Shown: positions 1 to 10,517, numbered from the stretch's first letter. The stretch: DNA of 64,000 bases from Bacteroidota bacterium (GCA_016711505.1 JADJSV010000018.1:320352-384351), one strand, 5' to 3'. Numbers and translations are program-made. Notes: generated from the letters alone by a model not told the origin.

Positions 1-66
1 AGCAAATGGTTTATCTACCCTTCTGTCACCACCCCACGTAAGCAATCTTTTTAGTACTTTTGCCAC

Positions 67-1104
67 ATGTTTGAGAATAAAGAAAACCGCACAGAACTTA
101 GCTCATTGGGAGAGTTTGGATTGATAGATCAGATTGCTTCTGCAGTTGAATTAAAAAATCCGGAAAGTGTCAGAGGAATCGGAGACGATGCTGCAGTGAT
201 CGATAATGGTGATGAAATGACCGTTGTTACTACTGATATGCTTGTTGAAGGTGTTCATTTTGACCTTACTTTTCAACCATTAAAGCATTTGGGTTATAAA
301 GCTGTCACGGTCAATCTGAGTGATATTTATGCAATGAATGCCACACCCAAACAAATTGTTGTCGGAATAGCTATTTCAAACCGATTTTCCCTGGAAGCAA
401 TTGAAGAATTATATGAAGGAATTCAGATGGCTTGCGATAAATATTCTGTCGATCTGGTTGGTGGTGATACTACTTCCTCAACTTCAGGTTTAGTTATTTC
501 GATTACTGCAATTGGTAAAGCCAAAAGAGAAGACATTGTCTACAGAAATGGGGCGGGAGTCGGAGATCTGATTTGTGTATCAGGTGATCTGGGTGGAGCA
601 TACGTTGGATTACAATTGCTCGAAAGAGAAAAGAAAATTTTTCTTGAGAATCCAAAGATCCAGCCTGATCTGAGTAATGCTGATTACATTCTCGAGCGTC
701 AGTTAAAACCTGAACCAAGAAAAGATATTATAGATAAATTGAAACAAGTGGATGTCAAACCAACAGCAATGATCGACATCTCTGACGGACTGTCTTCTGA
801 AGTAATGCATCTTTGTAAACAATCTCAAACAGGTTGCACTTTATATGAAGACAAATTTCCAATTGATCCGCAAACTTACGAGAAGGCTAGAGAATTTAAT
901 TTAGACCCGACTGTTTGTGCTTTAAGTGGTGGCGAAGATTATGAATTACTTTTTACGATCAAACAATCTGACTATGAAAAGATGCGGATGCATGTTGATA
1001 TTTCAATTGTCGGTCACATGGTTGCAAAAGAAGAAGGTTTGCACCTCATAGATAAATCAGGAAATCAGGTTAAGTTGCAAGCACAAGGTTGGAAAGCTTT
1101 CTGA
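67..1104 (+). CDS. thiL: thiamine-monophosphate kinase (AIR-synthase-related fold)
   Basis: 345 aa; N-terminal 'GEFGLIDQIA...IGDDAAVI...TTDMLVEGVHF' and Gly-rich PurM-like core typical of ThiL. Confidence 0.85.
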   Translation: MFENKENRTELSSLGEFGLIDQIASAVELKNPESVRGIGDDAAVIDNGDEMTVVTTDMLVEGVHFDLTFQPLKHLGYKAVTVNLSDIYAMNATPKQIVVGIAISNRFSLEAIEELYEGIQMACDKYSVDLVGGDTTSSTSGLVISITAIGKAKREDIVYRNGAGVGDLICVSGDLGGAYVGLQLLEREKKIFLENPKIQPDLSNADYILERQLKPEPRKDIIDKLKQVDVKPTAMIDISDGLSSEVMHLCKQSQTGCTLYEDKFPIDPQTYEKAREFNLDPTVCALSGGEDYELLFTIKQSDYEKMRMHVDISIVGHMVAKEEGLHLIDKSGNQVKLQAQGWKAF

Positions 1105-1797
1105 TCAATAACTTGCCCAGCCAATTCCAATACTCAATCCAAAAGTTATAGTTGATTTATGATAAGTAACTGATTTGTCAATGATACTTCCTGTTGGAAT
1201 TGAAAGATCGTAAACATTTTTTGGCAGGAATGCATAACCAAAATTAAAATAAAATATAAACCCTTCCAGATTACTTCTGTGTCCTATAGTTAACGATAAT
1301 GGAGTTATGAAAACACTTTGTGAATATTCTCCATTCACTTCTATATCGTGAAAACTTGTCTGAGGAGAATTATAGTCTCCTATGTAATGAATTATAGTAG
1401 TTTCTTTTCTACTTTGAAAACTGGCTTTACTTGCCATGTACCATGAATTTTCATCATTATCACGGAAAAAATATCTGGACTCAAATGTAAGTTTGAGTGT
1501 AGTGTGCTTTCTTGAAAAACCAATATCCGTTACATCATTATCATATTGGTACAATCCGTCTCTATAATCATAACTAAAAGTATCGTCAAGATCATCCGGA
1601 TACTCCATGCCGGGATTTATTAAAATACTGATTCTGCTGTTTAGGTTTTGTTCGTAACCAATTCCAAAGGCAGAGTTGTCAGTACCAGTTCGCCCAACTT
1701 CATTATATTCTATTAAAGTTAACTTAATGGCCTGTGCAAAAACGAAGTTTGCATTAACAGAAAGAAAAAAAGCGAACAGAATAAATTTGAATTTCAT
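1105..1797 (-). CDS. hypothetical outer-membrane beta-barrel-like protein, paralog 1 of a tandem pair
   Basis: Signal peptide (MKFKFILFAFFLSVNANFVFAQA), alternating aromatic/hydrophilic pattern, C-terminal aromatic residue. Paralogous to the next gene (both begin QAIK... after the signal peptide; shared FGIGYEQN motif). The supplied ORF starts on an upstream TTG; ATG at 1797 is preferred. Confidence 0.4.
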   Translation of the reverse strand: MKFKFILFAFFLSVNANFVFAQAIKLTLIEYNEVGRTGTDNSAFGIGYEQNLNSRISILINPGMEYPDDLDDTFSYDYRDGLYQYDNDVTDIGFSRKHTTLKLTFESRYFFRDNDENSWYMASKASFQSRKETTIIHYIGDYNSPQTSFHDIEVNGEYSQSVFITPLSLTIGHRSNLEGFIFYFNFGYAFLPKNVYDLSIPTGSIIDKSVTYHKSTITFGLSIGIGWASY

Positions 1798-1830
1798 GAG
1801 TTGTTTTTGTTGTTCGTTCAAGGAATAAAT

Positions 1831-2523
1831 TTAGTCTGCCCAACTAACGCCAAAACATAAGGCAATGTGAAATGAAACAGGATCAAACATTGTTTCTACT
1901 CCTCTGTTGTGAAGAAACTGTGGCTTAACATCTTTTTTATTTCCAAATGGAAGGATGGATAAGCCCAGGTAAAAATCATAATACCAGCCGTCGAATTCAC
2001 TTCTTGATCCGAGATCGAATGATATGGGTACAAGAGTCAGATCCTGCTTGTAAACACCGTAAGAAATATCAAATGCATTATATACAGGAGATTGATCCAG
2101 CCAGATATTTTGTATGTCATATTCAATTTCAGATTTTACAAGACCTATACTTGTTGAAAAATATCCGCCATCTAAATTATCCTCAAAAAAATATTTTGAA
2201 GTATAAACGAATTCATGCCAGTTTGAAATATTTAAAATATCGAATGAAACATTATATCCAACACCATTTTCATATCCAACAAAACTGTATGAATTAACTA
2301 ACGTACTATAATCCGGATCAATAGAATATCCTTTTCTATATGTCAGACCCAATGAGATCTTTTCTCCTACATTTTGTTCGTATCCAAAACCGTAATAGAA
2401 AGTACTTGTATAAGATTTCTGAAGGGTAGTGTACCCCAGTACATCCATTTTTATCGCCTGAGAATAAACCGGATTTTGTACGATGAGAAAATATATGCAG
2501 ACGAATATGATCTTTAATTTCAT
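1831..2523 (-). CDS. hypothetical outer-membrane beta-barrel-like protein, paralog 2 of the tandem pair
   Basis: Signal peptide MKLKIIFVCIYFLIVQNPVYSQA; YGFGYEQN motif shared with the 1105-1797 product. Confidence 0.4.
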   Translation of the reverse strand: MKLKIIFVCIYFLIVQNPVYSQAIKMDVLGYTTLQKSYTSTFYYGFGYEQNVGEKISLGLTYRKGYSIDPDYSTLVNSYSFVGYENGVGYNVSFDILNISNWHEFVYTSKYFFEDNLDGGYFSTSIGLVKSEIEYDIQNIWLDQSPVYNAFDISYGVYKQDLTLVPISFDLGSRSEFDGWYYDFYLGLSILPFGNKKDVKPQFLHNRGVETMFDPVSFHIALCFGVSWAD

Positions 2524-2555
2524 GTGGGTAGAGTTAATAACGATTAGTGTCCGGA

Positions 2556-4073
2556 TCAGAATTTGATATTCAATTTATCTAATACAACTTTAGATGGAAT
2601 ACAGAAGCCAATTCCTTCTATACCTTTTCCAGAAAGTTTCATCGTTGTTACACCAATCACTTCACCGTTTTCGTTGATCAACGGTCCGCCGCTATTACCT
2701 GAATTAATACTTACATCAGTCTGAATATAACTCATGTTGTTTATTTCTCTTATTCCTGAAACGATGCCACTTGTTATTGTCTGACCAAGACTTGTTTCCA
2801 ATGGTGTGCCGATAGCGTATACTGGATCTCCGGTTTCAATGGCATCACTGTTACCCATGTAAAGTGGTTTAAGTTCTTCTGCATCTATTTTTAAAAGCAA
2901 TAAGTCGTAGTCTTCATTACTTTTTACAACTGTTGCTTTTAATTTTACATTGGAATTTAATTTTACCTGAATATTGTTTTTCTGACCATCAGCGACGTGA
3001 TAATTTGTCACAATATATCCGTCAGGTGAAATTATAAACCCACTTCCAAATCCATCTTTTGTCAGAACAGTTACAACACCTTCTTTAGTGGTCTTGAACA
3101 TATCTTTCTTTGTCTCAAAATTAACTTTAGGAGAAGTAGAGATCTTTATCTCAGAACCTTTTGAATCTGACAAATAAATTTTTTCATTTTTATCGAGGAA
3201 GTCATAAAGGGTGTCAATGGCTAATAATTCAGATATGGATTCTGACATCAGGTCGTCAAGGATTGTAGTAGTTGTTCCTTTTGAACGACTCATGCTAACA
3301 TTGGTAACAATAGATCCGATCTTATCTTTGCCATCCGTACCTCGGAAAAAATTCCATGTACATTTCATCGATTCTGTTCCTTCATATAATTTCAGATATT
3401 TACCTTTAACAGTAAAATCAATAGAGTTGATTACCGGTTTGACACGAACCTTAGCTTTGGTCATACCTGATTTAGCATTATTGTTCGATGATACTGTTAC
3501 AGCATCAATATAACTTTTTTCCAGTTTTTCGATAATTGTATTTTCTATGTAATCAATATCGCCAATAGATCTTGAAGCTCCTTTGTCAGAAGGTTTTTTA
3601 GTCATTCCATTTACACGACCTTTTACCATCTCTTCATTCTCATATGAAGTCTTATCTATTGCAAGCAAAATCGGCCGGTCATATTCCTTTGGCGCTTTTT
3701 TAAGATCAACAACCTTATTCTTAGGTTCTATGTAAGTTATATTGTCAGAAGGAAGATCAACTATACACGGTATACATAACAATAATGCATCAAGAAAAAG
3801 TAAACCGTTTTTTGTTTTTCTGTAAATAGGCACTTGTTTACTTACATACCCTTCTTTTTTAATTGTAAGAAGTTTTACTTTCGATCCTACTTTTTTCATA
3901 TCGAAAGGAGTTGTTCCAATCATATGATCATTTTCATCATATACTTCTGCAGGACCGGGCGTAGCATCCAGAGTATTAGTTCCTTTCTCAGGACTTAAAA
4001 TAGTAGCACAACTCGAAATAATCATCGAAATTGATAATATAAGGCAATAAAATTGCGTTTTCTTAAGGGTCAT
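2556..4073 (-). CDS. lipoprotein with C-terminal trypsin-like (S1, HtrA/DegP-type) serine protease domain and an uncharacterised ~330-aa N-terminal region
   Basis: Lipobox-like N-terminus (ILSISMIISSCAT). The C-terminal 190 aa carry the catalytic-triad context GFIISPDGYIVTNYHV (His), DYDLLLLKI (Asp), GNSGGPLINENGEVIGV (Ser). No PDZ domain seen. Confidence 0.7.
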   Translation of the reverse strand: MTLKKTQFYCLILSISMIISSCATILSPEKGTNTLDATPGPAEVYDENDHMIGTTPFDMKKVGSKVKLLTIKKEGYVSKQVPIYRKTKNGLLFLDALLLCIPCIVDLPSDNITYIEPKNKVVDLKKAPKEYDRPILLAIDKTSYENEEMVKGRVNGMTKKPSDKGASRSIGDIDYIENTIIEKLEKSYIDAVTVSSNNNAKSGMTKAKVRVKPVINSIDFTVKGKYLKLYEGTESMKCTWNFFRGTDGKDKIGSIVTNVSMSRSKGTTTTILDDLMSESISELLAIDTLYDFLDKNEKIYLSDSKGSEIKISTSPKVNFETKKDMFKTTKEGVVTVLTKDGFGSGFIISPDGYIVTNYHVADGQKNNIQVKLNSNVKLKATVVKSNEDYDLLLLKIDAEELKPLYMGNSDAIETGDPVYAIGTPLETSLGQTITSGIVSGIREINNMSYIQTDVSINSGNSGGPLINENGEVIGVTTMKLSGKGIEGIGFCIPSKVVLDKLNIKF

Positions 4074-4213
4074 GTGGGCTCAAATTTGCTGTCGACAAAT
4101 ATAATATTTATTGATTGGTATCAAAATCTTTATTTACTTGCGCGCAGTTATCCACATTCAAAAAATTATAATCTTAAATTTAATTATCACTGATTCGTCA
4201 TAGAGATACTTTG

Positions 4214-5818
4214 ATGATGAATCAAACATTAATAGCATTAAAGAAACCAAGTCATATGAAATTGAAATTATTTTTATTACTTCTTTTACTGAACGTAAAT
4301 CTATTTGCTCAAAATGGATTAGGTAAATTTTCTGTTAAATGGGGACCGCAACTAAAAGGCACCAACAGCGGATCAATTTCCGATTTGATCGGAATGGACG
4401 ATGATTTCTATTACTTCGGTGCCAGACTTAAAAATGATCTTACAATAGAAAAACTGGATAAAAATCTTGATAACCCTGTCAACTTTATTTTTGAAGAAAA
4501 GAACAGAGAAACGAAAGAAAGATTTAGTCTATTTGAAAGAGTCTATTTCGCAGATCGCTTATATGTTTTCAAAACTAATATTGATAAGGACACGAAAACA
4601 ACTACACTATTGGCTGAGGAAGTCAATAAGAAAACGATGACGTCTGTAGGAAGCGATAAAAAAATTGCCGCAATTCAATATGAAAAAAGAAGGGAAAAAG
4701 GAGATTTCTCAATCTACACTTCTGCAAATGATAGTTACCTGATGGTTATTGAAGAAATTCCTGTTGAGAAAGATGAGAACGAAAAATTCAATGTGATCAT
4801 GTTTGATAATGCTCTGAATATTACCTGGAAAAAAAATATTCAATTGCCATATCAGAATACACTGTTCAGAACAAATAGATTTATGGTAGATGATAACGGG
4901 AATTTTTATGTCTTAGGAATTTTGTATCGCGATAAGGATAGTTGGGTGAAAAAAGAAGTAAACTATACTCATCATATTATTGTATTCAATGATCAGGGAA
5001 ATTCAACCATTGATTATGAAGTTAAACTCAAAGACAAATTTATAGCGGATATTACTTTCAGAATTAATAAGGATGGTGATATCACATGTGCAGGCTTCTA
5101 TAGTAATCTGGGAAAAGGAGGTATTAATGGTGCCTTTTTCCTTACTCTTGATCCAATTTCAAAGCAAGTCAAAGCTTCTAATTTTAAGGAATTCGATATG
5201 GATTTCATGACCGAATACATGACCGAAAAGGAAGAAAAGAAAGCAAAAAAGAATGAAGAAAAAGGTAAGGAAATGGAACTCGGCTCATATCACTTAAGGT
5301 CATTGATAAAAAGATCAGACGGTGGTGCCATACTGGTTGCTGAACAGATCTATATTTATACGTACACTTACCCTTGCGGTAATAATATGACTTGTAGTGC
5401 CACGATCTATAATTATAACGATATAATCGTAGTTAATATTGATGCTGAAGGAAAAATCGAATGGTCGAAGAAAGTTCCAAAACGCCAGCGTTCAAAAAAT
5501 GATGGCGGAAGTTATTCGTCATTTGCTTTAATGGTAACAGATGATTTCATTGGATTTATTTACAATGATAACAGAGATAATTTAGAAATTGAAACAACCA
5601 GAAACCTGAAGAATTTCAATTTGAGAGATAGAAATGGAATTGTCACCATTGCAAGAATTAATAATCAAGGGAAATTAACTCGTGAAACATTGTTTGACAA
5701 TAAAGAAGTCGAAGTCGTTATTCAACCAAGAGTCTGTGAACAAGTAGACGACAATAATTTAATGATCTTCGGCCAGAAAAGAAAATACGATCAATTTGGA
5801 ATTGTCTCATTCAATTGA
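4214..5818 (+). CDS. hypothetical secreted protein
   Basis: Signal peptide (MKLKLFLLLLLLNVNLFAQ), internal Lys/Glu-rich segment (KEEKKAKKNEEKGKE), no recognisable domain. The supplied ORF starts on a TTG 3 nt upstream. Confidence 0.4.
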   Translation: MMNQTLIALKKPSHMKLKLFLLLLLLNVNLFAQNGLGKFSVKWGPQLKGTNSGSISDLIGMDDDFYYFGARLKNDLTIEKLDKNLDNPVNFIFEEKNRETKERFSLFERVYFADRLYVFKTNIDKDTKTTTLLAEEVNKKTMTSVGSDKKIAAIQYEKRREKGDFSIYTSANDSYLMVIEEIPVEKDENEKFNVIMFDNALNITWKKNIQLPYQNTLFRTNRFMVDDNGNFYVLGILYRDKDSWVKKEVNYTHHIIVFNDQGNSTIDYEVKLKDKFIADITFRINKDGDITCAGFYSNLGKGGINGAFFLTLDPISKQVKASNFKEFDMDFMTEYMTEKEEKKAKKNEEKGKEMELGSYHLRSLIKRSDGGAILVAEQIYIYTYTYPCGNNMTCSATIYNYNDIIVVNIDAEGKIEWSKKVPKRQRSKNDGGSYSSFALMVTDDFIGFIYNDNRDNLEIETTRNLKNFNLRDRNGIVTIARINNQGKLTRETLFDNKEVEVVIQPRVCEQVDDNNLMIFGQKRKYDQFGIVSFN

Positions 5819-5840
5819 ATATTTTAAATATTCATTGGAA

Positions 5841-5880
5841 GGGGATAGTTTCTTAGAAAATTATCCCCTTTTTTATTTTT
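5841..5880 (+). terminator. putative rho-independent terminator after the 4214-5818 gene
   Basis: GGGGATA ... TATCCCC stem followed by TTTTTTATTTTT. Confidence 0.45.
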
Positions 5881-5915
5881 AAAAAAAAAGTCATTTGGTT
5901 TAAATAAAATTCAAA

Positions 5916-7130
5916 GTGAAAAAAATAAAAAATTTATATCGTGATGCATACAGCGGGTTGTCCAGACCTGCCTGGTTGTTGTCAATGGTTATGTTCGTGA
6001 ACCGGGCCGGGACTATGGTTATGCCTTTCATGACTCTTTACTTGACGACTGCATTAGGTTACACTATTGGAAAAGCAGGGTGGGTGATGGCATGTTTTGG
6101 CTGCGGAGCAGTAGTTGGTGGCTGGTTAGGAGGAAAACTAACAGACAAATTTGGATTCTATTTTATCCAGCTGTTTGCTTTGTTAGGTGGTGGATTAATG
6201 TTCTTTGTGATAGGACAACTTACGGAGTTTTCGCAGATCTGTATTGCAAGTTTTATCCTTGCGTCTATTAATGAAGCATTTCGTCCGGCAAATTCTTCTG
6301 CTATTACTCATTATAGTACACTTGAAAACAGAACGCGATCTTTCGCATTGAATCGCCTTGCTATAAATGTTGGCTGGGCTTTCGGTGGTGCATTAGGTGG
6401 AATTATCGCTTCAACAAATTATCATTTGTTGTTCTGGATCGATGGCATTACTAATATTCTTGCGGCATTTTTTCTCTACTTCGCACTTGCGCCTTCTAAA
6501 ATAAAATCGGTTCACAAAGCGGTAGAAAAGAAACCGGATGTGATCCGATCTCCTTACAGAGATAAAAATTATCTGATTTACATAATCTGTGTGTTCCTTT
6601 ATGCATTTACTTTTTTTCAGTTGTTTACTACTCAACCGGTATATTTCAAAAGAGAATTGAATTTAGCTGAAACATCAATTGGAATTTTAATGGCTCTGAA
6701 TGGATTGGTAATTACAGCATTTGAAATGATCATTGTACATTCTATTGACGGGAAAAGAAACACACTGCAATTGATATCTCTGGGTTCAGTGTTATTAGGA
6801 TTTTCATACCTGATTTTCAATTTATTTCCCGGAGGATTTTTACTTGCGCTTATTTCTACATTGATTTGTGTTGGTGGTGAAATATTTTCTCTGCCTTTTA
6901 TGAACTCTCATGCTATGAGCAGAACAAATGCGCATAACCGTGGACAATATGCCGGTCTGTTTACGATGGCATGGGCTGTTGCTCAAGTACTTGGTCCCGC
7001 AGCAGGTAGTCAGATCGCCTACAATTTTGGATTTCCTGTAATGTGGTGGATAATGGGTGGAATATTTATTGTAGCATCAATGGGCTTTAGTTATTTAAAG
7101 AAAAGAGAAAGTGCAGAACAATTGTCCTGA
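5916..7130 (+). CDS. MFS transporter
   Basis: 404 aa, about 12 predicted TM segments, MFS-like loop motifs. GTG start at 5916; the alternative ATG is 69 nt downstream. Confidence 0.7.
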   Translation: MKKIKNLYRDAYSGLSRPAWLLSMVMFVNRAGTMVMPFMTLYLTTALGYTIGKAGWVMACFGCGAVVGGWLGGKLTDKFGFYFIQLFALLGGGLMFFVIGQLTEFSQICIASFILASINEAFRPANSSAITHYSTLENRTRSFALNRLAINVGWAFGGALGGIIASTNYHLLFWIDGITNILAAFFLYFALAPSKIKSVHKAVEKKPDVIRSPYRDKNYLIYIICVFLYAFTFFQLFTTQPVYFKRELNLAETSIGILMALNGLVITAFEMIIVHSIDGKRNTLQLISLGSVLLGFSYLIFNLFPGGFLLALISTLICVGGEIFSLPFMNSHAMSRTNAHNRGQYAGLFTMAWAVAQVLGPAAGSQIAYNFGFPVMWWIMGGIFIVASMGFSYLKKRESAEQLS

Positions 7131-7170
7131 GAATTTCGTACAAACTCTCTTCGAATAAACTTAACATAGA

Positions 7171-7893
7171 ATGAACAGGCCCAATTCACAAATTTATTCT
7201 GATTATACCGACGAAGATTTCCGGGTATGGAAAATATTGTTTGACCGGCAAATGGATATTTTGTCACAAACAGTTTCCCGGAATTATCTCGACGCATTGA
7301 AAATTGTCAATTTCAGAAACGATAAGATCCCGGATTTTAACGAGGTCAATTCAACTTTGAACGATCTGACAGGTTGGAATCTGCATGTAGTTCCTAATAT
7401 CAGTCCGCAAAAAGAATTTTTCAAATACCTGTCTGAAAAAAAATTTACAGCTACCTGCTGGTTGCGATCATTTGAACAACTTGATTATATAGAAGAGCCG
7501 GATATGTTTCATGATGTATTTGCTCATGTTCCACTTTTAAGCAATACTGCATATTGCAATTTCTTCAAGGGTATCAGCGATATAGCCCTTGAACATATTG
7601 ATGATCCGAAAGCAATCGAACTGCTTGGAAGAATTTATTGGTTCACTATTGAATTCGGATTGATCAGAGAGAATGATAAATTAAAGATCTATGGCGCCGG
7701 AATAATTTCTTCTAATGGAGAAACTAAACATTGTCTGAGTAATGAATGTGAAAAATTGAACTTTGATGTAAATAAAATCATGTCAACCGATTTCAGAACC
7801 GATATTCTCCAGGATAAATATTTTGTTATTGATTCGTTTGATCAGCTCTATAATGCACTGCCCGAAATAAGGAAATTAGTAATTAATAATTAA
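7171..7893 (+). CDS. phhA: phenylalanine-4-hydroxylase (biopterin-dependent aromatic amino acid hydroxylase)
   Basis: Iron-binding FHDVFAHVPLL (His-x4-His) and downstream Glu (IYWFTIEFGL), typical of the bacterial PAH catalytic core. Confidence 0.7.
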   Translation: MNRPNSQIYSDYTDEDFRVWKILFDRQMDILSQTVSRNYLDALKIVNFRNDKIPDFNEVNSTLNDLTGWNLHVVPNISPQKEFFKYLSEKKFTATCWLRSFEQLDYIEEPDMFHDVFAHVPLLSNTAYCNFFKGISDIALEHIDDPKAIELLGRIYWFTIEFGLIRENDKLKIYGAGIISSNGETKHCLSNECEKLNFDVNKIMSTDFRTDILQDKYFVIDSFDQLYNALPEIRKLVINN

Positions 7894-7895
7894 CC

Positions 7896-8393
7896 TTACT
7901 CTTCAGAGCGGGAAAAAAACGAAACCACCGTATCCGTTTTCACACAGCCTACAAACCAACAAACATGATTTGTATCTGAATCCAGAATGGCTTTTCCGGA
8001 ATTGGCCGAACTGTATTTCATTGTAGCCAAAGCCCTGAATGCATATACTCTTACAACTGCGCTCTTGTTTCTGAGTAATCCGAATAATTGCTGTTCGGTT
8101 GCCAGTTGTGTCATTCGCTCATACAATGCATAAGTACGGGTGTACTCAGCAGCAAAACCAACACCATTTTCGTCAACACATTCTGAAGTTTCCAGTTCTC
8201 TGACGATCTTATTCAGATTGTTCTGATTTTTAATATCCGGAAACCGACTCATGTCCCTTATCGTAACTGATCCAGATTTGGGAATTTCCTGCACTGCTGT
8301 CGTGTCTGAAACCGAAATACCTGATTCAGGTTTTCGTGAGGAGCAACTTGAAGAAAGCAGGATTACGAAAAGAACATAGATTATTTTGTACAT
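7896..8393 (-). CDS. hypothetical lipoprotein
   Basis: N-terminus MYKIIYVLFVILLSSSCSS (lipobox); no known domain. Confidence 0.4.
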   Translation of the reverse strand: MYKIIYVLFVILLSSSCSSRKPESGISVSDTTAVQEIPKSGSVTIRDMSRFPDIKNQNNLNKIVRELETSECVDENGVGFAAEYTRTYALYERMTQLATEQQLFGLLRNKSAVVRVYAFRALATMKYSSANSGKAILDSDTNHVCWFVGCVKTDTVVSFFSRSEE

Positions 8394-8519
8394 AGTATAA
8401 AGGTAGAGTTCAAAAATTTATTCTGCAACTACTATCAGCAGAATAAAATTTTTACATTGCAGACTTATCAGAACGAATGCACCTGAATTTGAGTTTTTAC
8501 TTAATTGAACAAACAAATA

Positions 8520-10517
8520 ATGAAAAGTAAGTTACAATACATCTTTCCCGTCTTACTCTTGATTTGTGGTTTGTATTCAATGCCATTAAAAATTATAGAA
8601 ACCAATCTTTCTAAAATGCCCGGAGATCTGGGTGATACCCGATTTAACAATTATATTCTTGAACATGGGCATAAGTATCTGACAGGGCAAATTGATTCGT
8701 TTTGGAATGCACCATTTTTATATCCATATAAAAACGTAACTGCATTATCAGATAATTTAATCGGAACACTTCCCATTTATAGCGTATTCAGATTTGGGAC
8801 AGACCGGGAAACTTCATTTTTGTTATGGATTATCTCGCTCTTTGTACTTAATTATATTTTCTGTTTCATTGCATTGAAAAAATGGTCCGGAGAAAATATC
8901 TTATCCTCCGTAGGTGCTTATATTTTTGCCTTTTCAATTTATAATCTGGGTCAATTTGATCATGTTCAGGTATTGCCAAAATTTATTGCACCACTTGTAA
9001 TTTTCTGGTGCTGGAAGTTTCTTTCTGAAGGAAAGTCAAAGTATTTTATTTTTATGTCACTTGGACTTATCTATCAGTTTTATTGCGGGATCTATCTTGC
9101 ATTTTTACTGATCTACATTCTTATGTTTCTAAGCATTTCCTATTTTATTGTTTACAAAGATTTCAAAGTCTTTTCTGGGTTTAAAGAGAAGAAATATTTA
9201 GCAACGTTAGCAGTAACAATTATTGCATCAATCGTACTTTTGTTTCCATTGATTCAACCATATCTAGATGTTGCAAAAACAATGGGTATGCGCAAATTTG
9301 AATCAGCATTTTCGACCATTCCGCATCTCAGATCTTATTTTTTCGCAACTCCTTCATCCGCAGTATGGAATGTGTTATCTGATCATGGTATCGGTAAACT
9401 CGATGTTTGGTGGAATCACTATCTTTTTGTTGGGGCACTTCCTTGGATTGGAGTCTTAACAACAGTCTTTTTGTTGTTTTTTAAAAAGAACGATAAACTT
9501 AATAAGAAGCAGAATCTATTTTTCTTAACTACATTATTTCTTTGTGTAATTTTTTGTCTGAACATTAATGGATTCACTTTATATGAATACATTTTTAAAA
9601 TTCCCGGATTTTCATCAATGCGATCTATTGACCGAATTATTAATCTGGAAGTATTTGTTTTCATTCTTGTATTTGTATTTTCATTTAAAAGTATAATTCA
9701 GGCATTTCCGAAAATGCAATTCTTACTTTACTTATTGCCGGTTTTAGTAGTTATAGAAAACCAGGTTGATGCTAATAAAGTAAAGAGATTTGATAAAGAA
9801 ACATCTCAGTCTCGTATAGCCGATGTTAAGGCGAGAATCGAAAAACAGTATGATCCAAAATATTCTGCAATAGCCTACATGGCATTTCATACTTATGTCG
9901 GCCCGGAAGAAAGCGGTTATATGGGATATGTCGCAAGGGCACTTGATGTAATGATCGCTTGTCAGGAATTAAATATTAAATGTGTAAATTCTTATACCGG
10001 TTTCGATCCGGGTAATTATCTGAATTTTTTCTATGAGCCACGTGACAGAACACTCAAAGAATGGTGTGAATTCAATAAGACGGATTATTCTTTAGTTCAA
10101 CATTTGAACGATTTTGGAAGGAAAGAAATTAGCCGGACGAAGATCAATCTAAAAGCATTTAATGGGAAATATATTTCCGCGATTGATAATGAAAATCCGG
10201 TGCTTGAAGCCAATAGAGATATTGCCCAAAGTTGGGAAACGTTTTTAATGATCAGATTTGAGAATGGAGAATGTATGATAAAGGCTCAAACAAATTTGAT
10301 TTTGCATCTGGAGAAAGATTCGATGTCTGAAATTAAAGCGAATAAAATAACAGGATCAGAAGAAGAAACTTTTCGGATTATTGAATTTTCAGATTCAACA
10401 GTAGCATTTCAGGCAGCTAACGGAAAATATCTGACCGTAGATAGTTCAACATTCCGAATTGCTGCAAAAGCCCCGGTCGTGGGAGTTGCTGAAAAATTCC
10501 GGATAATTGAATTGTAA
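8520..10517 (+). CDS. polytopic membrane protein (GT-C-like N-terminal region) with C-terminal fascin-like beta-trefoil repeats
   Basis: More than 10 hydrophobic segments in the first 430 aa. The C-terminal 150 aa contain repeated 'NGKY[IL].A.D......FRIIE' units characteristic of fascin-like beta-trefoil folds. The supplied ORF starts at TTG 8505; ATG at 8520. Confidence 0.5.
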   Translation: MKSKLQYIFPVLLLICGLYSMPLKIIETNLSKMPGDLGDTRFNNYILEHGHKYLTGQIDSFWNAPFLYPYKNVTALSDNLIGTLPIYSVFRFGTDRETSFLLWIISLFVLNYIFCFIALKKWSGENILSSVGAYIFAFSIYNLGQFDHVQVLPKFIAPLVIFWCWKFLSEGKSKYFIFMSLGLIYQFYCGIYLAFLLIYILMFLSISYFIVYKDFKVFSGFKEKKYLATLAVTIIASIVLLFPLIQPYLDVAKTMGMRKFESAFSTIPHLRSYFFATPSSAVWNVLSDHGIGKLDVWWNHYLFVGALPWIGVLTTVFLLFFKKNDKLNKKQNLFFLTTLFLCVIFCLNINGFTLYEYIFKIPGFSSMRSIDRIINLEVFVFILVFVFSFKSIIQAFPKMQFLLYLLPVLVVIENQVDANKVKRFDKETSQSRIADVKARIEKQYDPKYSAIAYMAFHTYVGPEESGYMGYVARALDVMIACQELNIKCVNSYTGFDPGNYLNFFYEPRDRTLKEWCEFNKTDYSLVQHLNDFGRKEISRTKINLKAFNGKYISAIDNENPVLEANRDIAQSWETFLMIRFENGECMIKAQTNLILHLEKDSMSEIKANKITGSEEETFRIIEFSDSTVAFQAANGKYLTVDSSTFRIAAKAPVVGVAEKFRIIEL

